Below are positions 8,730-17,800 of a stretch of DNA of 34,772 nt, one piece after another. The notes under the pieces were generated by a model. It made no database searches. It was given only the letters and a program-made list of their open reading frames with translations, and was not told the origin of the DNA. The stretch's first letter is position 1; every line of letters begins with the position of its first letter. Source of the stretch: Candidatus Nanoarchaeia archaeon (GTDB lineage: Archaea > Nanobdellota > Nanobdellia > UBA10117); the NCBI GenBank assembly GCA_038894275.1, contig JAWAPU010000001.1:1-34772 (forward strand). The letters run 5' to 3'. Made by a program: the position numbers and the translations under genes.

Positions 8730-9899
8730 ATGGGAAAAATAAGTCCTGTATCTATAAAATACGTGATACACGCTAATATCGAATTGACTGGCGCGGCAGA
8801 AAAGCCAGATATAATTGGCGCCATTTTTGGCCAAACAGAAGGTCTTCTTGGCGAAGAATTAGACTTGCGAGAATTGCAAAAATCTGGGAAAATTGGAAGA
8901 ATAGATGTTAAACTAGTTAATAAAGCAGGAAAAACCGAAGGCGAGATTTTACTTCCAAGTTCAATGGGTAAAACAGAAACAGCAATAATCGCCGCAGCAC
9001 TTGAAACTATAGAACGCGTAGGCCCCTGTGAAGCCAAAATACAAGTTTCAAAAATAGAGGATGTGCGAGTAGCAAAAAGAAATTATATAATTGAAAGAGC
9101 CAAAAATTTGCTTCAGCAAATGATATCTGCGATGCCTGATATCCAAGCTCTTACTAATTCATTGACACAAAATATTCGTGAAGCGGAAATTAATGAATAT
9201 GGGCCAGACAGATTGCCAGCTGGACCTGATATCGACGAAGCTGAAGAAATTATAATTGTCGAAGGCCGTGCAGACGTGATAAACTTACTTCGCTATGGCA
9301 TACGAAATGTTATTGGAATGAAAGGGGCAAAACCAACAAATACTATTGTTGAACTCACAAAGAAAAAGACAACTACTCTTTTTGTAGACGGAGATAGAGG
9401 CGGAGATTTGATTATTAAAAATTTAGCAAGTTTAACAGATTTGGATTTTGTAGCAAGAGCACCGGATGGAAAAGAAGTAGAAGAATTAACACAAAAAGAA
9501 ATTTTGAAGTCTTTGCGTTTGAAGATACCATGGGAGCAAGCAAAAAGCGAAATTAAAAACGGTTCTGAAGAAAACACCAAATTTATTATTAAAAAAGAGA
9601 TTAAAGAGCAAAAAGAAAGCACGCAAACAATGCTATTAAAGAATCTTACAGAAGAAGTGCTAGGAACTAGAGGCGCTTTAATTTTAGGAGATGATTTTAA
9701 TATTTTAGGACGAGTCCCTGTGAAAGAACTTGAAAATACGCTAACTAATCTGGACGGGGTAAAAGCAGTTGTTTTAGACGGAGAAGTAACTCCTGAGCTA
9801 GCCAAGTTAGCAGACACAAAAGATATCACTTATTTGGTAGCACAATCTGCAACGGCTAGACCGTACAAAGCAAAATTACTTCTTTTTAACAAATTTTAA
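8730..9899 (+). CDS. dnaG: Archaeal DnaG (Toprim primase-like protein, exosome-associated in other archaea)
   Basis: The N-terminus IKYVIHANIELTGAAEKPDIIGAIFGQTEGLLG is characteristic of archaeal DnaG. Toprim motifs IIIVEGRADV and LFVDGDRGGDLI. AGGAGG Shine-Dalgarno upstream. Confidence 0.9.
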   Translation: MGKISPVSIKYVIHANIELTGAAEKPDIIGAIFGQTEGLLGEELDLRELQKSGKIGRIDVKLVNKAGKTEGEILLPSSMGKTETAIIAAALETIERVGPCEAKIQVSKIEDVRVAKRNYIIERAKNLLQQMISAMPDIQALTNSLTQNIREAEINEYGPDRLPAGPDIDEAEEIIIVEGRADVINLLRYGIRNVIGMKGAKPTNTIVELTKKKTTTLFVDGDRGGDLIIKNLASLTDLDFVARAPDGKEVEELTQKEILKSLRLKIPWEQAKSEIKNGSEENTKFIIKKEIKEQKESTQTMLLKNLTEEVLGTRGALILGDDFNILGRVPVKELENTLTNLDGVKAVVLDGEVTPELAKLADTKDITYLVAQSATARPYKAKLLLFNKF

Positions 9900-10364
9900 T
9901 ATTTTGTTTATATTTATTTTTTCTGTTAAAAACGCAAAAAGAAGCCCTAAAATAGACCCTGCCAAAACATCTGTAAACCAATGCAAATTTAATACCAATC
10001 TACTTAAACTTATTAAAACGGCCCAAATAAATAACCCACTTTTTAGCAATTTGTTTTTAGTAGGCCAAAGATAACTTATAAAAAAAGAAAGACCCGCATG
10101 ATTGCTTGGAAAAGAACCAGGGTTACCATTAGGGCGTTCCCTACCAGAAAAAAATTTTAATAATTCAAAAAATATTATCAAAAAAACAATCCATGCACCA
10201 GAATTTAAGTATTTTAGATCCTTTTCTTTTTTAAATTTTATAAGTTGCAACGCAAAAAAGAAAAATAAAAGCACAAATAATGAATAACTTATTACTAAAA
10301 ATACTTCTTTGATTAAAAGATGGTTCGTAAAAAAAAGCGAATTTACAGTTGCATCTATATCCAT
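9876..10364 (-). CDS. PAP2-family (type 2 phosphatidic acid / polyprenyl-pyrophosphate) phosphatase, membrane protein
   Basis: The three PAP2 motifs are present: RERPNG, PSNH and SRLVLNLHWFTD. The 3' end overlaps the dnaG 3' end by 24 nt (convergent). Confidence 0.8.
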   Translation of the reverse strand: MDIDATVNSLFFTNHLLIKEVFLVISYSLFVLLFFFFALQLIKFKKEKDLKYLNSGAWIVFLIIFFELLKFFSGRERPNGNPGSFPSNHAGLSFFISYLWPTKNKLLKSGLFIWAVLISLSRLVLNLHWFTDVLAGSILGLLFAFLTEKININKILKFVKKK

Positions 10365-10372
10365 TTTAGCGT

Positions 10373-11626
10373 TTATCTGTGCGTTATCAATTTTAGCCCA
10401 TACCTTTTAGCCAACTCTTTTGCAAGATCTTCTGGTTTTATATATTTTCGCTTTAATAAAACAACAAGCCTATTATTTTCAACCAAAGTTTTTTTCCATT
10501 TTCTTTTAAAACTTTCAATATGTTCGCTCTTTATGTTTAAAGGAGGGCCAATGTGTTTTTTTTCTTTTGGTAAAACTTCATTTTCGAATATATACCAAAA
10601 AAGAATTTTGGAATTAATTTGCCAATTTGCCTCCACTATTTTAAAATCCTCTTTTTCAAAATTGCTCCTTAAAATTTCAAATAATTTTTTTAATTTTGCA
10701 CCGACAACATCTTCTTTACCAAGCGGTTTTTTGCAAGAAAAGATAATTAATGGTCTGCTTTTAGCAAGTTTCTTTAAATCAGAAAACGCAAATTTTTTTA
10801 TTTTAAAAAATTTTAAAGAAGGTTTTTCAATAAATTCTTTTGCAGAATCTCTAAATTTGTTAAATTTTTCATAAGATAGTGCGGCGGCAGCATTTCTGTT
10901 TTTATCTATTGGGTCAATAAGTATTAATGGAGATTGAAGTTTATTTTGGTCTAAGGTCTTAAAAATTTCTTCTTTGCTTTTGTACTGATTTGATAAATCA
11001 ATTACTACTTGATCGGGCCATTTAGCTGCTGCTCGCAATACTTTTTCAAAAGAACCGTAATAAATAATTAAAAGATCTGCAACATGGCCGGAAAATCCAC
11101 CGATGTACGATTCTGCACCATAAACGTTATTGCTTTTCATAAATTGCTTTAATAAGCGAATTTCATTTTTGATTTTAGAACTATGTTTCTTAACAAATTC
11201 AACATGCAATGGAGAAAAATCTGTTAGATTTTTTGCTTCTTCTGCTTTCTTTATTTCTAAAACAGGAACAAATTCTAGCTCCAAGCCTTTATATTTTACC
11301 AGAAAATAATCGCGACTTCCTTTTAATTTAGTTGTATTCCATATCTTTTTTAAAATTTTATTGGCTAATTCAGAAATTTCAGCGCTTCTTTGCGCATAAA
11401 CTTCATAATCAAATTTTACAAAAAAATCTATATCTGAAAGTTTTGGCAACCAGGTGCCTTTAGCCACAGATCCGCCTAACGCAATTTTTATTTTTTTATT
11501 CAACAATTCTTTTTTATCAAATTTATTTTTTATTTCTTTAACTAATTTTTGGATTTTTTTAGTTTCTCTTTTTGAAGGAATGCAGATTTTTTTAGCGCTT
11601 CTTAGAATTTTAGCCAAGGAGGACAT
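10373..11626 (-). CDS. cca: Archaeal class I CCA-adding tRNA nucleotidyltransferase
   Basis: Nucleotidyltransferase signature GGSVAKGTWLPKLSDIDFFV near the N-terminus. Length (417 aa) and downstream pattern fit archaeal CCA enzymes. All five tRNA genes here lack an encoded CCA. Confidence 0.85.
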   Translation of the reverse strand: MSSLAKILRSAKKICIPSKRETKKIQKLVKEIKNKFDKKELLNKKIKIALGGSVAKGTWLPKLSDIDFFVKFDYEVYAQRSAEISELANKILKKIWNTTKLKGSRDYFLVKYKGLELEFVPVLEIKKAEEAKNLTDFSPLHVEFVKKHSSKIKNEIRLLKQFMKSNNVYGAESYIGGFSGHVADLLIIYYGSFEKVLRAAAKWPDQVVIDLSNQYKSKEEIFKTLDQNKLQSPLILIDPIDKNRNAAAALSYEKFNKFRDSAKEFIEKPSLKFFKIKKFAFSDLKKLAKSRPLIIFSCKKPLGKEDVVGAKLKKLFEILRSNFEKEDFKIVEANWQINSKILFWYIFENEVLPKEKKHIGPPLNIKSEHIESFKRKWKKTLVENNRLVVLLKRKYIKPEDLAKELAKRYGLKLITHR

Positions 11627-11674
11627 AAAAATATAAAAACAAAAGACATTAAAACACTTTTGCTTCTTTTATTT

Positions 11675-11756
11675 GGGCCCATGGTCTAGTGGTATGACGC
11701 TCGCTTCACAGGCGAGAGATCGCAGGTTCGAATCTTAGAAAATCCTGCTGGGCCCA
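11675..11756 (+). tRNA. tRNA-Val(CAC) with a 10-nt insertion in the T-arm (putative non-canonical intron)
   Basis: Hand-folded. Acceptor GGGCCCA/TGGGCCC, anticodon stem CTCGC/GCGAG with loop TTCACAG, T-stem GCAGG/CCTGC. It is 82 nt against 73 nt for the near-identical tRNA-Val(GAC) at 21148. No encoded CCA. Confidence 0.7.
11734..11743 (+). other. Putative 10-nt tRNA intron. Its boundaries are ambiguous within the AAT duplication and could equally be 11731-11740.
   Basis: GCAGG|TTCG|AAT|CTT|AGAA|AAT|CCTGC. Removing any 10-nt register between the two AAT triplets restores the canonical T-loop TTCGAAT. Confidence 0.55.
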
Positions 11757-12641
11757 CTAGCTAATAACTACTGTTTTTACTGTAACCTTTTCTAAATACT
11801 CTAGTCTTTTCTTTAGTTCAGAAAGAATCGCATTATTTTCAGCCACAACAGATTGTAAATTTAAAAGAGTATTTATCTTATTTTCTGCATCATTTAATTG
11901 CATCTTCAAATTTTCAACAACAGATGCCAAATCGTTTAATGCAGACACGCTAATATTTAATTTCGAATTTAAAGCATCTACGCTAGTAAAAAAACTTTGC
12001 GCGGTTTTTTCTAAATTTTCTGATTTTTTGCTCAATTCCGCAGCAAATTCTTGAGACGTTTGTTGTTCGTGCTTTATGTCTTCACTATGCTTTGCTATGG
12101 CAACAAGACCTGCATTAATCCTGTCAAAATTTTTTAAATTTTTTTCACTCTGTTTCTTTAGATCCTTAGCATTTAAAGAAATTGTTTTTATTTCAGAAAC
12201 TAATGAATTCAGCGTATCTGAATTCCACGTATTTTCAATTACAGATACTTTTTCTTTTAGATTTTCTAAATCTTTGTTTAGCAAACTTATAATTTCTGTT
12301 AACTTAAGAGAGGTAACGTTTGTCTCTTTTCTTAAGTTTTCAGTTTTTGCGTTTATGTCTTTTTTATATGTTCCAATTTCTGTTTTAATTTCTTTCAATT
12401 CGCTTGTCAAATTATTTGTCGTTTTTGCTAAATTTGTTACTGCTGAACGCAATTTATCTATTTCTTTTTGTAAATCTTTATTATTGCTATATAATAAAGC
12501 CGTTTCTTTTTTAGAAGCCTTTAGGTTTTTTTCTAAACTTTTAATTTGTGCATTTGTTTTTTTTAAAGTTTTATTTTGGAAAGTCAGATTCTTTTCTAAA
12601 GCAGCTATTTTCTTTAATGGGTCCAGCAAGTTTTTTGGCAT
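11757..12641 (-). CDS. Coiled-coil protein of unknown function, last gene of the scpA-scpB co-oriented string
   Basis: 294 aa, rich in K/E/N/L with heptad-like repeats throughout. No Walker motifs and no TM helix. Its stop codon directly abuts the 3' end of the tRNA-Val gene on the other strand. Confidence 0.55.
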   Translation of the reverse strand: MPKNLLDPLKKIAALEKNLTFQNKTLKKTNAQIKSLEKNLKASKKETALLYSNNKDLQKEIDKLRSAVTNLAKTTNNLTSELKEIKTEIGTYKKDINAKTENLRKETNVTSLKLTEIISLLNKDLENLKEKVSVIENTWNSDTLNSLVSEIKTISLNAKDLKKQSEKNLKNFDRINAGLVAIAKHSEDIKHEQQTSQEFAAELSKKSENLEKTAQSFFTSVDALNSKLNISVSALNDLASVVENLKMQLNDAENKINTLLNLQSVVAENNAILSELKKRLEYLEKVTVKTVVIS

Positions 12642-12701
12642 ATTTTGTTTAAAATGTATATAAATAAAAAATTGCGTTGCTCCTGCTAAATAGTTAAGAT
12701 T

Positions 12702-13229
12702 TTATTGTTCGACTTCTTTAATTTTATTTTGCATTTCTTCAGAAAGCGGTAAAGTTTGCCCAGGTTCTAATTTAAAATATTCATAAAATTTTTTCGTAGG
12801 CTGTAACCATTTGCTTAGCCCAGATTTTTGGCTCTCTATAAATCCTTTTTCGATTAGAAGTTTTATGTGATTATATGCTTTATTTGACCTGACTCTAACC
12901 ACATCACATTGCCTGGCACCACCTCTCCAAGCAATATATGCCAAAGTTTCTAAAACAGATTTATCGAATTCAGGCGCAGCAGCCTCTTTTACAAACTCTA
13001 TATTTTCATCAGGAATTTTAAATTTCCAAATATCGCCTTCATTGATTAGTTTAATGCCTTTTCTATTTTCCCATTCTTTCTTTAACTCTTCTAAAATTGT
13101 TTTAATATCTTCTTTTAGTCCCAAATTTAATTTGTTAGCTAAAACATCTATGCCTACTCCTTCAGGTACGCAAAATAAGATAGATTCTATTTTTGCTTTA
13201 AGCTCATCCTTGTTTTCCATTTTCATCAA
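12702..13229 (-). CDS. scpB: Segregation and condensation protein B (ScpB)
   Basis: IESILFCVPEGVGIDVLA ... LETLAYIAWRGGARQCDVVRVR ... IKLLIEKGFIE matches the tandem winged-helix pattern typical of ScpB. It overlaps the scpA 3' end by 26 nt. Confidence 0.8.
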   Translation of the reverse strand: MMKMENKDELKAKIESILFCVPEGVGIDVLANKLNLGLKEDIKTILEELKKEWENRKGIKLINEGDIWKFKIPDENIEFVKEAAAPEFDKSVLETLAYIAWRGGARQCDVVRVRSNKAYNHIKLLIEKGFIESQKSGLSKWLQPTKKFYEYFKLEPGQTLPLSEEMQNKIKEVEQ

Positions 13230-13977
13230 TTTCTCTAAATTTTTTATTTAATTGATCTTCATAAATATTAATTAAAATTTTACCAAAAGGTTCTTCTTGG
13301 TATAATTCTACTTTGTTTTCTTGAGCTAAGTGTAAAAGAGGCAATAAGGTCCAAATAATTTCTTTTTTTTCTTTGTTTGGTAAAAGTTCTTCAAAAAATA
13401 TTTTATTTTTTCGGAACTTTTTAACAAACATTTTTAGTTTTTGAATTAAATTTTCAATTTTTTCCCAAATGTCTATTTTTTTAACAGGGATTTTTGGGGG
13501 GTCCTTTGGGCGCATTTCCGCCCACTTTTGCTTCCTTCTTTCATCAACCTCAAGAGCCTTTCTTAATGCGTCTATTAGTTCTGTTAAGGTTACTTTTCTT
13601 TTCCGAGGCAAAGGCGTTTTAATGTCTATGCTTGCCTTAGTAAATCTTTTTTCTATATCTACTTGATTTTCTTCAAAATCATCTTCAACAAAATTTTCAG
13701 GGTTTGTCAGCGCAAGAAGCTGCTCGAGTCCAATACGTTCTGCTTTTAATTTTAACAAAATTGCTGCAGCTAAAATAACCTTGCCAGATAATTTAAAATT
13801 CATCTCTTTTAATTTCGAAATTAAATTAAGATATTCTTGAGCTAAAATGCTAATGTCTATATCCCAGGGATCTATTTTTCCTTCACGAACTAATTCGTAA
13901 ATAAGAGATTGCCAAGTAATATCGTCTTCCTGAAATATTATTTGTTGAAAGATTTGTGAAGTTGCCATGGCCAACAT
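13204..13977 (-). CDS. scpA: Segregation and condensation protein A (ScpA, kleisin)
   Basis: GKIDPWDIDISILAQEYLNLISKLKEMNFKLSGKVILAAAILLKLKAE is the conserved ScpA N-terminal block. The C-terminal winged-helix region ends in LLPLLHLAQENKVELYQEEPFG. Confidence 0.8.
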   Translation of the reverse strand: MLAMATSQIFQQIIFQEDDITWQSLIYELVREGKIDPWDIDISILAQEYLNLISKLKEMNFKLSGKVILAAAILLKLKAERIGLEQLLALTNPENFVEDDFEENQVDIEKRFTKASIDIKTPLPRKRKVTLTELIDALRKALEVDERRKQKWAEMRPKDPPKIPVKKIDIWEKIENLIQKLKMFVKKFRKNKIFFEELLPNKEKKEIIWTLLPLLHLAQENKVELYQEEPFGKILINIYEDQLNKKFREIDENGKQG

Positions 13978-14048
13978 TTTTTAATCGCCTTTCCTATTTT
14001 TAAACTTTAAACAATAATCTTAAAAATGAATATGTTATTGAAATTTTT

Positions 14049-14123
14049 AGCGGGGTAGGGCAGTCTGGAGTGCCCGTTGGGCTCATAACCCAAAGGTCGT
14101 TGGTTCAAATCCAACCCCCGCTA
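14049..14123 (+). tRNA. Initiator tRNA-Met(CAT)
   Basis: AGCGGGG/CCCCGCT acceptor with an A1:T72 pair. Anticodon stem TTGGG/CCCAA has three consecutive G:C pairs next to loop CTCATAA. T-arm GTTGG-TTCAAAT-CCAAC. These are archaeal initiator hallmarks. No encoded CCA. Confidence 0.85.
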
Positions 14124-14127
14124 CTTT

Positions 14128-14793
14128 ATGAAAATTTGCGGTGTCGATGAAGCGGGCAGAGGGCCTGTTATAGGACCTTTAGTGATTTGCGCTTATTGTT
14201 TAGAAGAAAAAAATTTACAAAATTTGCATAATTTAAAGATTAAAGAATCTAAACAATTAAACGAAAAACAAAGAAAAAAAGCTTTTGAAAAATTAAAGAA
14301 ACTTTCTACAGATTTCAAGTATGCAGTTATAAGTGCGAAAGAAATAGACAGAAATTCAGAAAACGGTATAAATTTAAATCAATTAGAAGCAAAAAAAATC
14401 GCGGAACTTTTAGACGAACTTTTGCCCGACGTCGTCTATATCGATTCTCCAACTTCTCCTGATGGCAATAAATTTTCTATGATGGTTAAAGAAAATCTTT
14501 TGCATAAAAATATAAACCTGTTTTCTGGACATTATGCAGATATTAAATATCCTATTGTTGCAGCAGCATCAATTATTGCAAAAGTAATACGAGACGAAGA
14601 AATAGAGGCAATTCATAAAGAATTAGGTATGAATTTTGGTTCCGGTTATCCTGCAGACCCAATAACAATTCAATTTTTAAAAAATAATTGGGACAATCCA
14701 AAAGTCTCTGAATATATAAGAAAAAGCTGGGGTACGATTAAAGAATTAGAAAAACGCAAGATACAAAGATTATTAAGCGATTTTGAAAATTAA
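14128..14793 (+). CDS. rnhB: Ribonuclease HII
   Basis: The N-terminus MKICGVDEAGRGPVIGPLV is the canonical RNase HII active-site block. Downstream DSPT... and AAASIIAKV motifs are also present. Confidence 0.92.
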   Translation: MKICGVDEAGRGPVIGPLVICAYCLEEKNLQNLHNLKIKESKQLNEKQRKKAFEKLKKLSTDFKYAVISAKEIDRNSENGINLNQLEAKKIAELLDELLPDVVYIDSPTSPDGNKFSMMVKENLLHKNINLFSGHYADIKYPIVAAASIIAKVIRDEEIEAIHKELGMNFGSGYPADPITIQFLKNNWDNPKVSEYIRKSWGTIKELEKRKIQRLLSDFEN

Positions 14794-14877
14794 ATATTTT
14801 AAATTTCTAGTTTTAAAAATAAAATGGCTTGTCTTTAGTTGCAAAATCTTAAAAAAGACTTTTATTTTTTTAAAATT

Positions 14878-17800
14878 ATGAAGACGTACCTTAAAGCACT
14901 TCAACTTAGAGGTTTTAAATCATTTAATCGTAAAGTATTTATTCAATTTTGCCCTAAAATGAATGTCATTTTAGGGCCCAATGGCTCTGGAAAATCAAAC
15001 ATAGGTGATGCCATTTGTTTCGTATTAGGCAGATTATCATCGAAAGACCTTAGAGCAGAAAATTTTTCAGATTTGTTATTTAAAAGAAAGAACACCACTG
15101 CGGCAGAAGGAGAAGTTTCTTTAATTTTAGACAACAGTCAAAATCTTTTTCCTTTTAAAGAAAATGAAATAGAAATTAAAAGAAAAATAAAAAAGACTGG
15201 TCAAACGCAATACTATATAAATGGAAAATCTGTAACTCGGCAACAAGTTTTAGAATTATTGGCATTAGCAAAAATTTTTCCAGATGGTTATAATATTGTT
15301 CTTCAAGGAGATATCGCAAAATTTGTCGATCTAAAACCTGTAGAAAAAAGACAATTAATCGAAGAAATCGCAGGCATTTCGACATATGAGGAGAAAAAAG
15401 CAAAAGCTTTAGCAGAGCTAACTAAAGTTGATGAAAGATTGCGAGAAGTAAACATAGTTCTAAGAGAAAAAGAAACTTACATGAAAAATTTAGAAGCAGA
15501 AAGAAAAAACGCGGAAAAATATAAAGATTTGCAAAACGAGTTAAAAGCTGCGCAAGCAGGAGAATTAATTTTAAAACTAGAAATAGCGAAATCAAAAAAA
15601 GAAAACTGCTCTAAACTAATTGAAACAAAACTAATCGAGATTAAAAATAGCCATCTAGATATAGAAATCAATAATAAAAAAATAATTCAGTTAAAAGAAA
15701 AATTAGAAAATTTAGAAAAAGAAATTCAACGCAAAGGTGGCGAAGAATCGCTAAAATTACAAAAAGAAGTCGAAGCGGTTCGCATAGAATTAGAGAAAGC
15801 CAGAGAGCTATTTTCAACAACTGTAAATGAATTAAATAGGCTTGAAAAAAGACGCATCGATTTAGAACAAAATTTATTGCAGATAGAGTCCAAAATAAAA
15901 CAAGCCGAAGACGATAAAAAAAAGCTAAAAGAAAAATTAGATGCTCTAGAAAATCAAATAAAAAATTTTAAGTCAGAAGCTATCGATATTAAATCGTTAG
16001 AAGAAAATTTAGATGAGCTAGATAAAGAAACTAGCGCTTTGCAAGAAAAGAGAAATGTTTTATTTGAAAGAGTAATTCAACTTAAAACAGAAAAAAATAC
16101 GTGCGAAAAAGAATTAAACGAAGTCGAACAAAAAATAAATATTTTGGAAAGAAATGCAAAAGAATTTCAAGAAACTCAAACAAAACTTAATTCTGTATTA
16201 GTTAAATTAGAAAGCCATTCGAAATCTCAAACAGAAGTTTCTATTAAAATCGGGCAATTAAAAAAAGAACAAATATGTAAAGAAAGCGAACTAACAAAAA
16301 TAAAGGCACTCTTTAATGCGCGGCAAGATTTTTTACAAAAAGACAACAGCATAAAGTTGCTTAAAAATTCTAATATTAAAGGTATCATTGGCACAGTTGC
16401 AGAGTTAGGAACTTCAAAACCCGAATTTTCTACAGCGCTTTCAGTTGCAGCCGGAAACAGACTTAAAAATATAGTAGTCGATTGTCCAGAAACCGCACTC
16501 TTGTGTTTGGAAAAATTAAAAACCGCTAAAGCAGGAATAGCCACTTTTTTACCATTGAATAATCTAAAAATACCAACTTTTAACATTCCGCAATCCGTAT
16601 TAAAAAAGCAAGGAGTTCTAGGATTAGCAGTAGATTTAATCGAATGCGAGGCTAAATATAAAAATTTATTTTCTTACGTTTTTAGAGATACTTTGATAAT
16701 TAAAAATTCAGATATAGCAAAAGACTTAGGTTTTAATAAATACAGAATGGTTACTTTAGACGGGGATTTATTTGAAATTTCTGGAGCTATTACTGGAGGA
16801 TATCGCGGTAATGTTACAATGACTTTTGACGTATCTAAAAATCAAATTCAAGAATTAGAAAGAGATTTAGAAAAACTCCAAAAAGAAATACAAAATTTAG
16901 AAAAACAAAAAGCAGAAATCGATTCTGAAGTTTTGAAATTGCAAGCACAGCGCATAGAATTAGAAGCAAAATTAAAATTAACTCAAAACCAAGCAATTAA
17001 AGAGCATGAAGCTTTATTGGAAAGAAAAAATCAGATACAAAAGAGATTAGAAGCGCTAAATTCAAAATTGCAAACATCGGAAAAAGAATTTTCAGAAGCA
17101 GAAAATAAATTAAAAATTACACAAGAAAAACAAAATTCCTTAAAGACGCAATTGCATAATTTAAAATTTGAGACTTCGATGTCTCTTTTAGAAAAATTAA
17201 ATCAAGATAAACATCAACAAATATCTTTGCTGGCCGCGCTTGAGGCTACTATTACAAATGCGCTACTGCCAGAAAAAAATAATGTGCTAAGGGTACTTAA
17301 GGAACTTGAAAAAGAGAAAAAAAATTTTGACCAGCAAAAAGTAGAATTAGAAAGAAGAATTTCTGAGTTAGAAAAAGAATTACAAAAAAAAGAAAGCGAA
17401 CAGGCACTTTTCCATGGAAAACTTAAGCAAGCTTTTGAAGAGCAAGCAGGCTTAAGCACTTCGTTAAGAGAAGCACAAACGACATTAGAAAGCGTAAAAT
17501 TGAGACTTAATGCGTTAGAACAAGAAAAAAATAATTTAACAATCGAGGCGGCACAATACGCCGCAGAAATTAGCACTTTAGAGGATGAACTTAAAAATTA
17601 TCAAAACGCGGAGCCTTTAAAATTTAAGACTTTAGAAGCGGCGAAAACCAAAATAAAAGAATTACAAAGCAGATTAGAAGCGTTGGGGCCGGTAAATATG
17701 CGCGCGTTGGAAGTTTTTCAAGATATTTTAAAAGAATATAATGATCTCTCGATTAAGACAACTAAATTAAAAGAAGAAAAAGAAGCAATTCTACAAATAA

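Noticed and set aside
9293-9829. 178-aa minus-strand ORF
   Set aside because: It is antisense to dnaG (clear Toprim motifs on the + strand). Its translation is Ser/Phe-rich and low complexity.
10320-10874. 184-aa + strand ORF
   Set aside because: It is antisense to the CCA-adding enzyme gene, which carries clear catalytic motifs. Its translation is F/S/L-rich with no motif.
11757-12641. Coiled-coil protein as a second SMC/Rad50-like ATPase
   Set aside because: It has no Walker A/B or signature motif and is only 294 aa. It is treated as a plain coiled-coil protein.
12076-12663. 195-aa + strand ORF
   Set aside because: It is entirely antisense to the coiled-coil gene 11757-12641. Its F/S/L-rich low-complexity translation is the typical mirror of a K/E/N-rich gene in AT-rich DNA.
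14839-14877. TTG start for smc, adding MQNLKKDFYFFKI
   Set aside because: SMC proteins begin directly with the M-x-[IL]-K-x-[IL]-x-[IL]-x-G-F-K-S-F block, and the ATG at 14878 provides exactly that.
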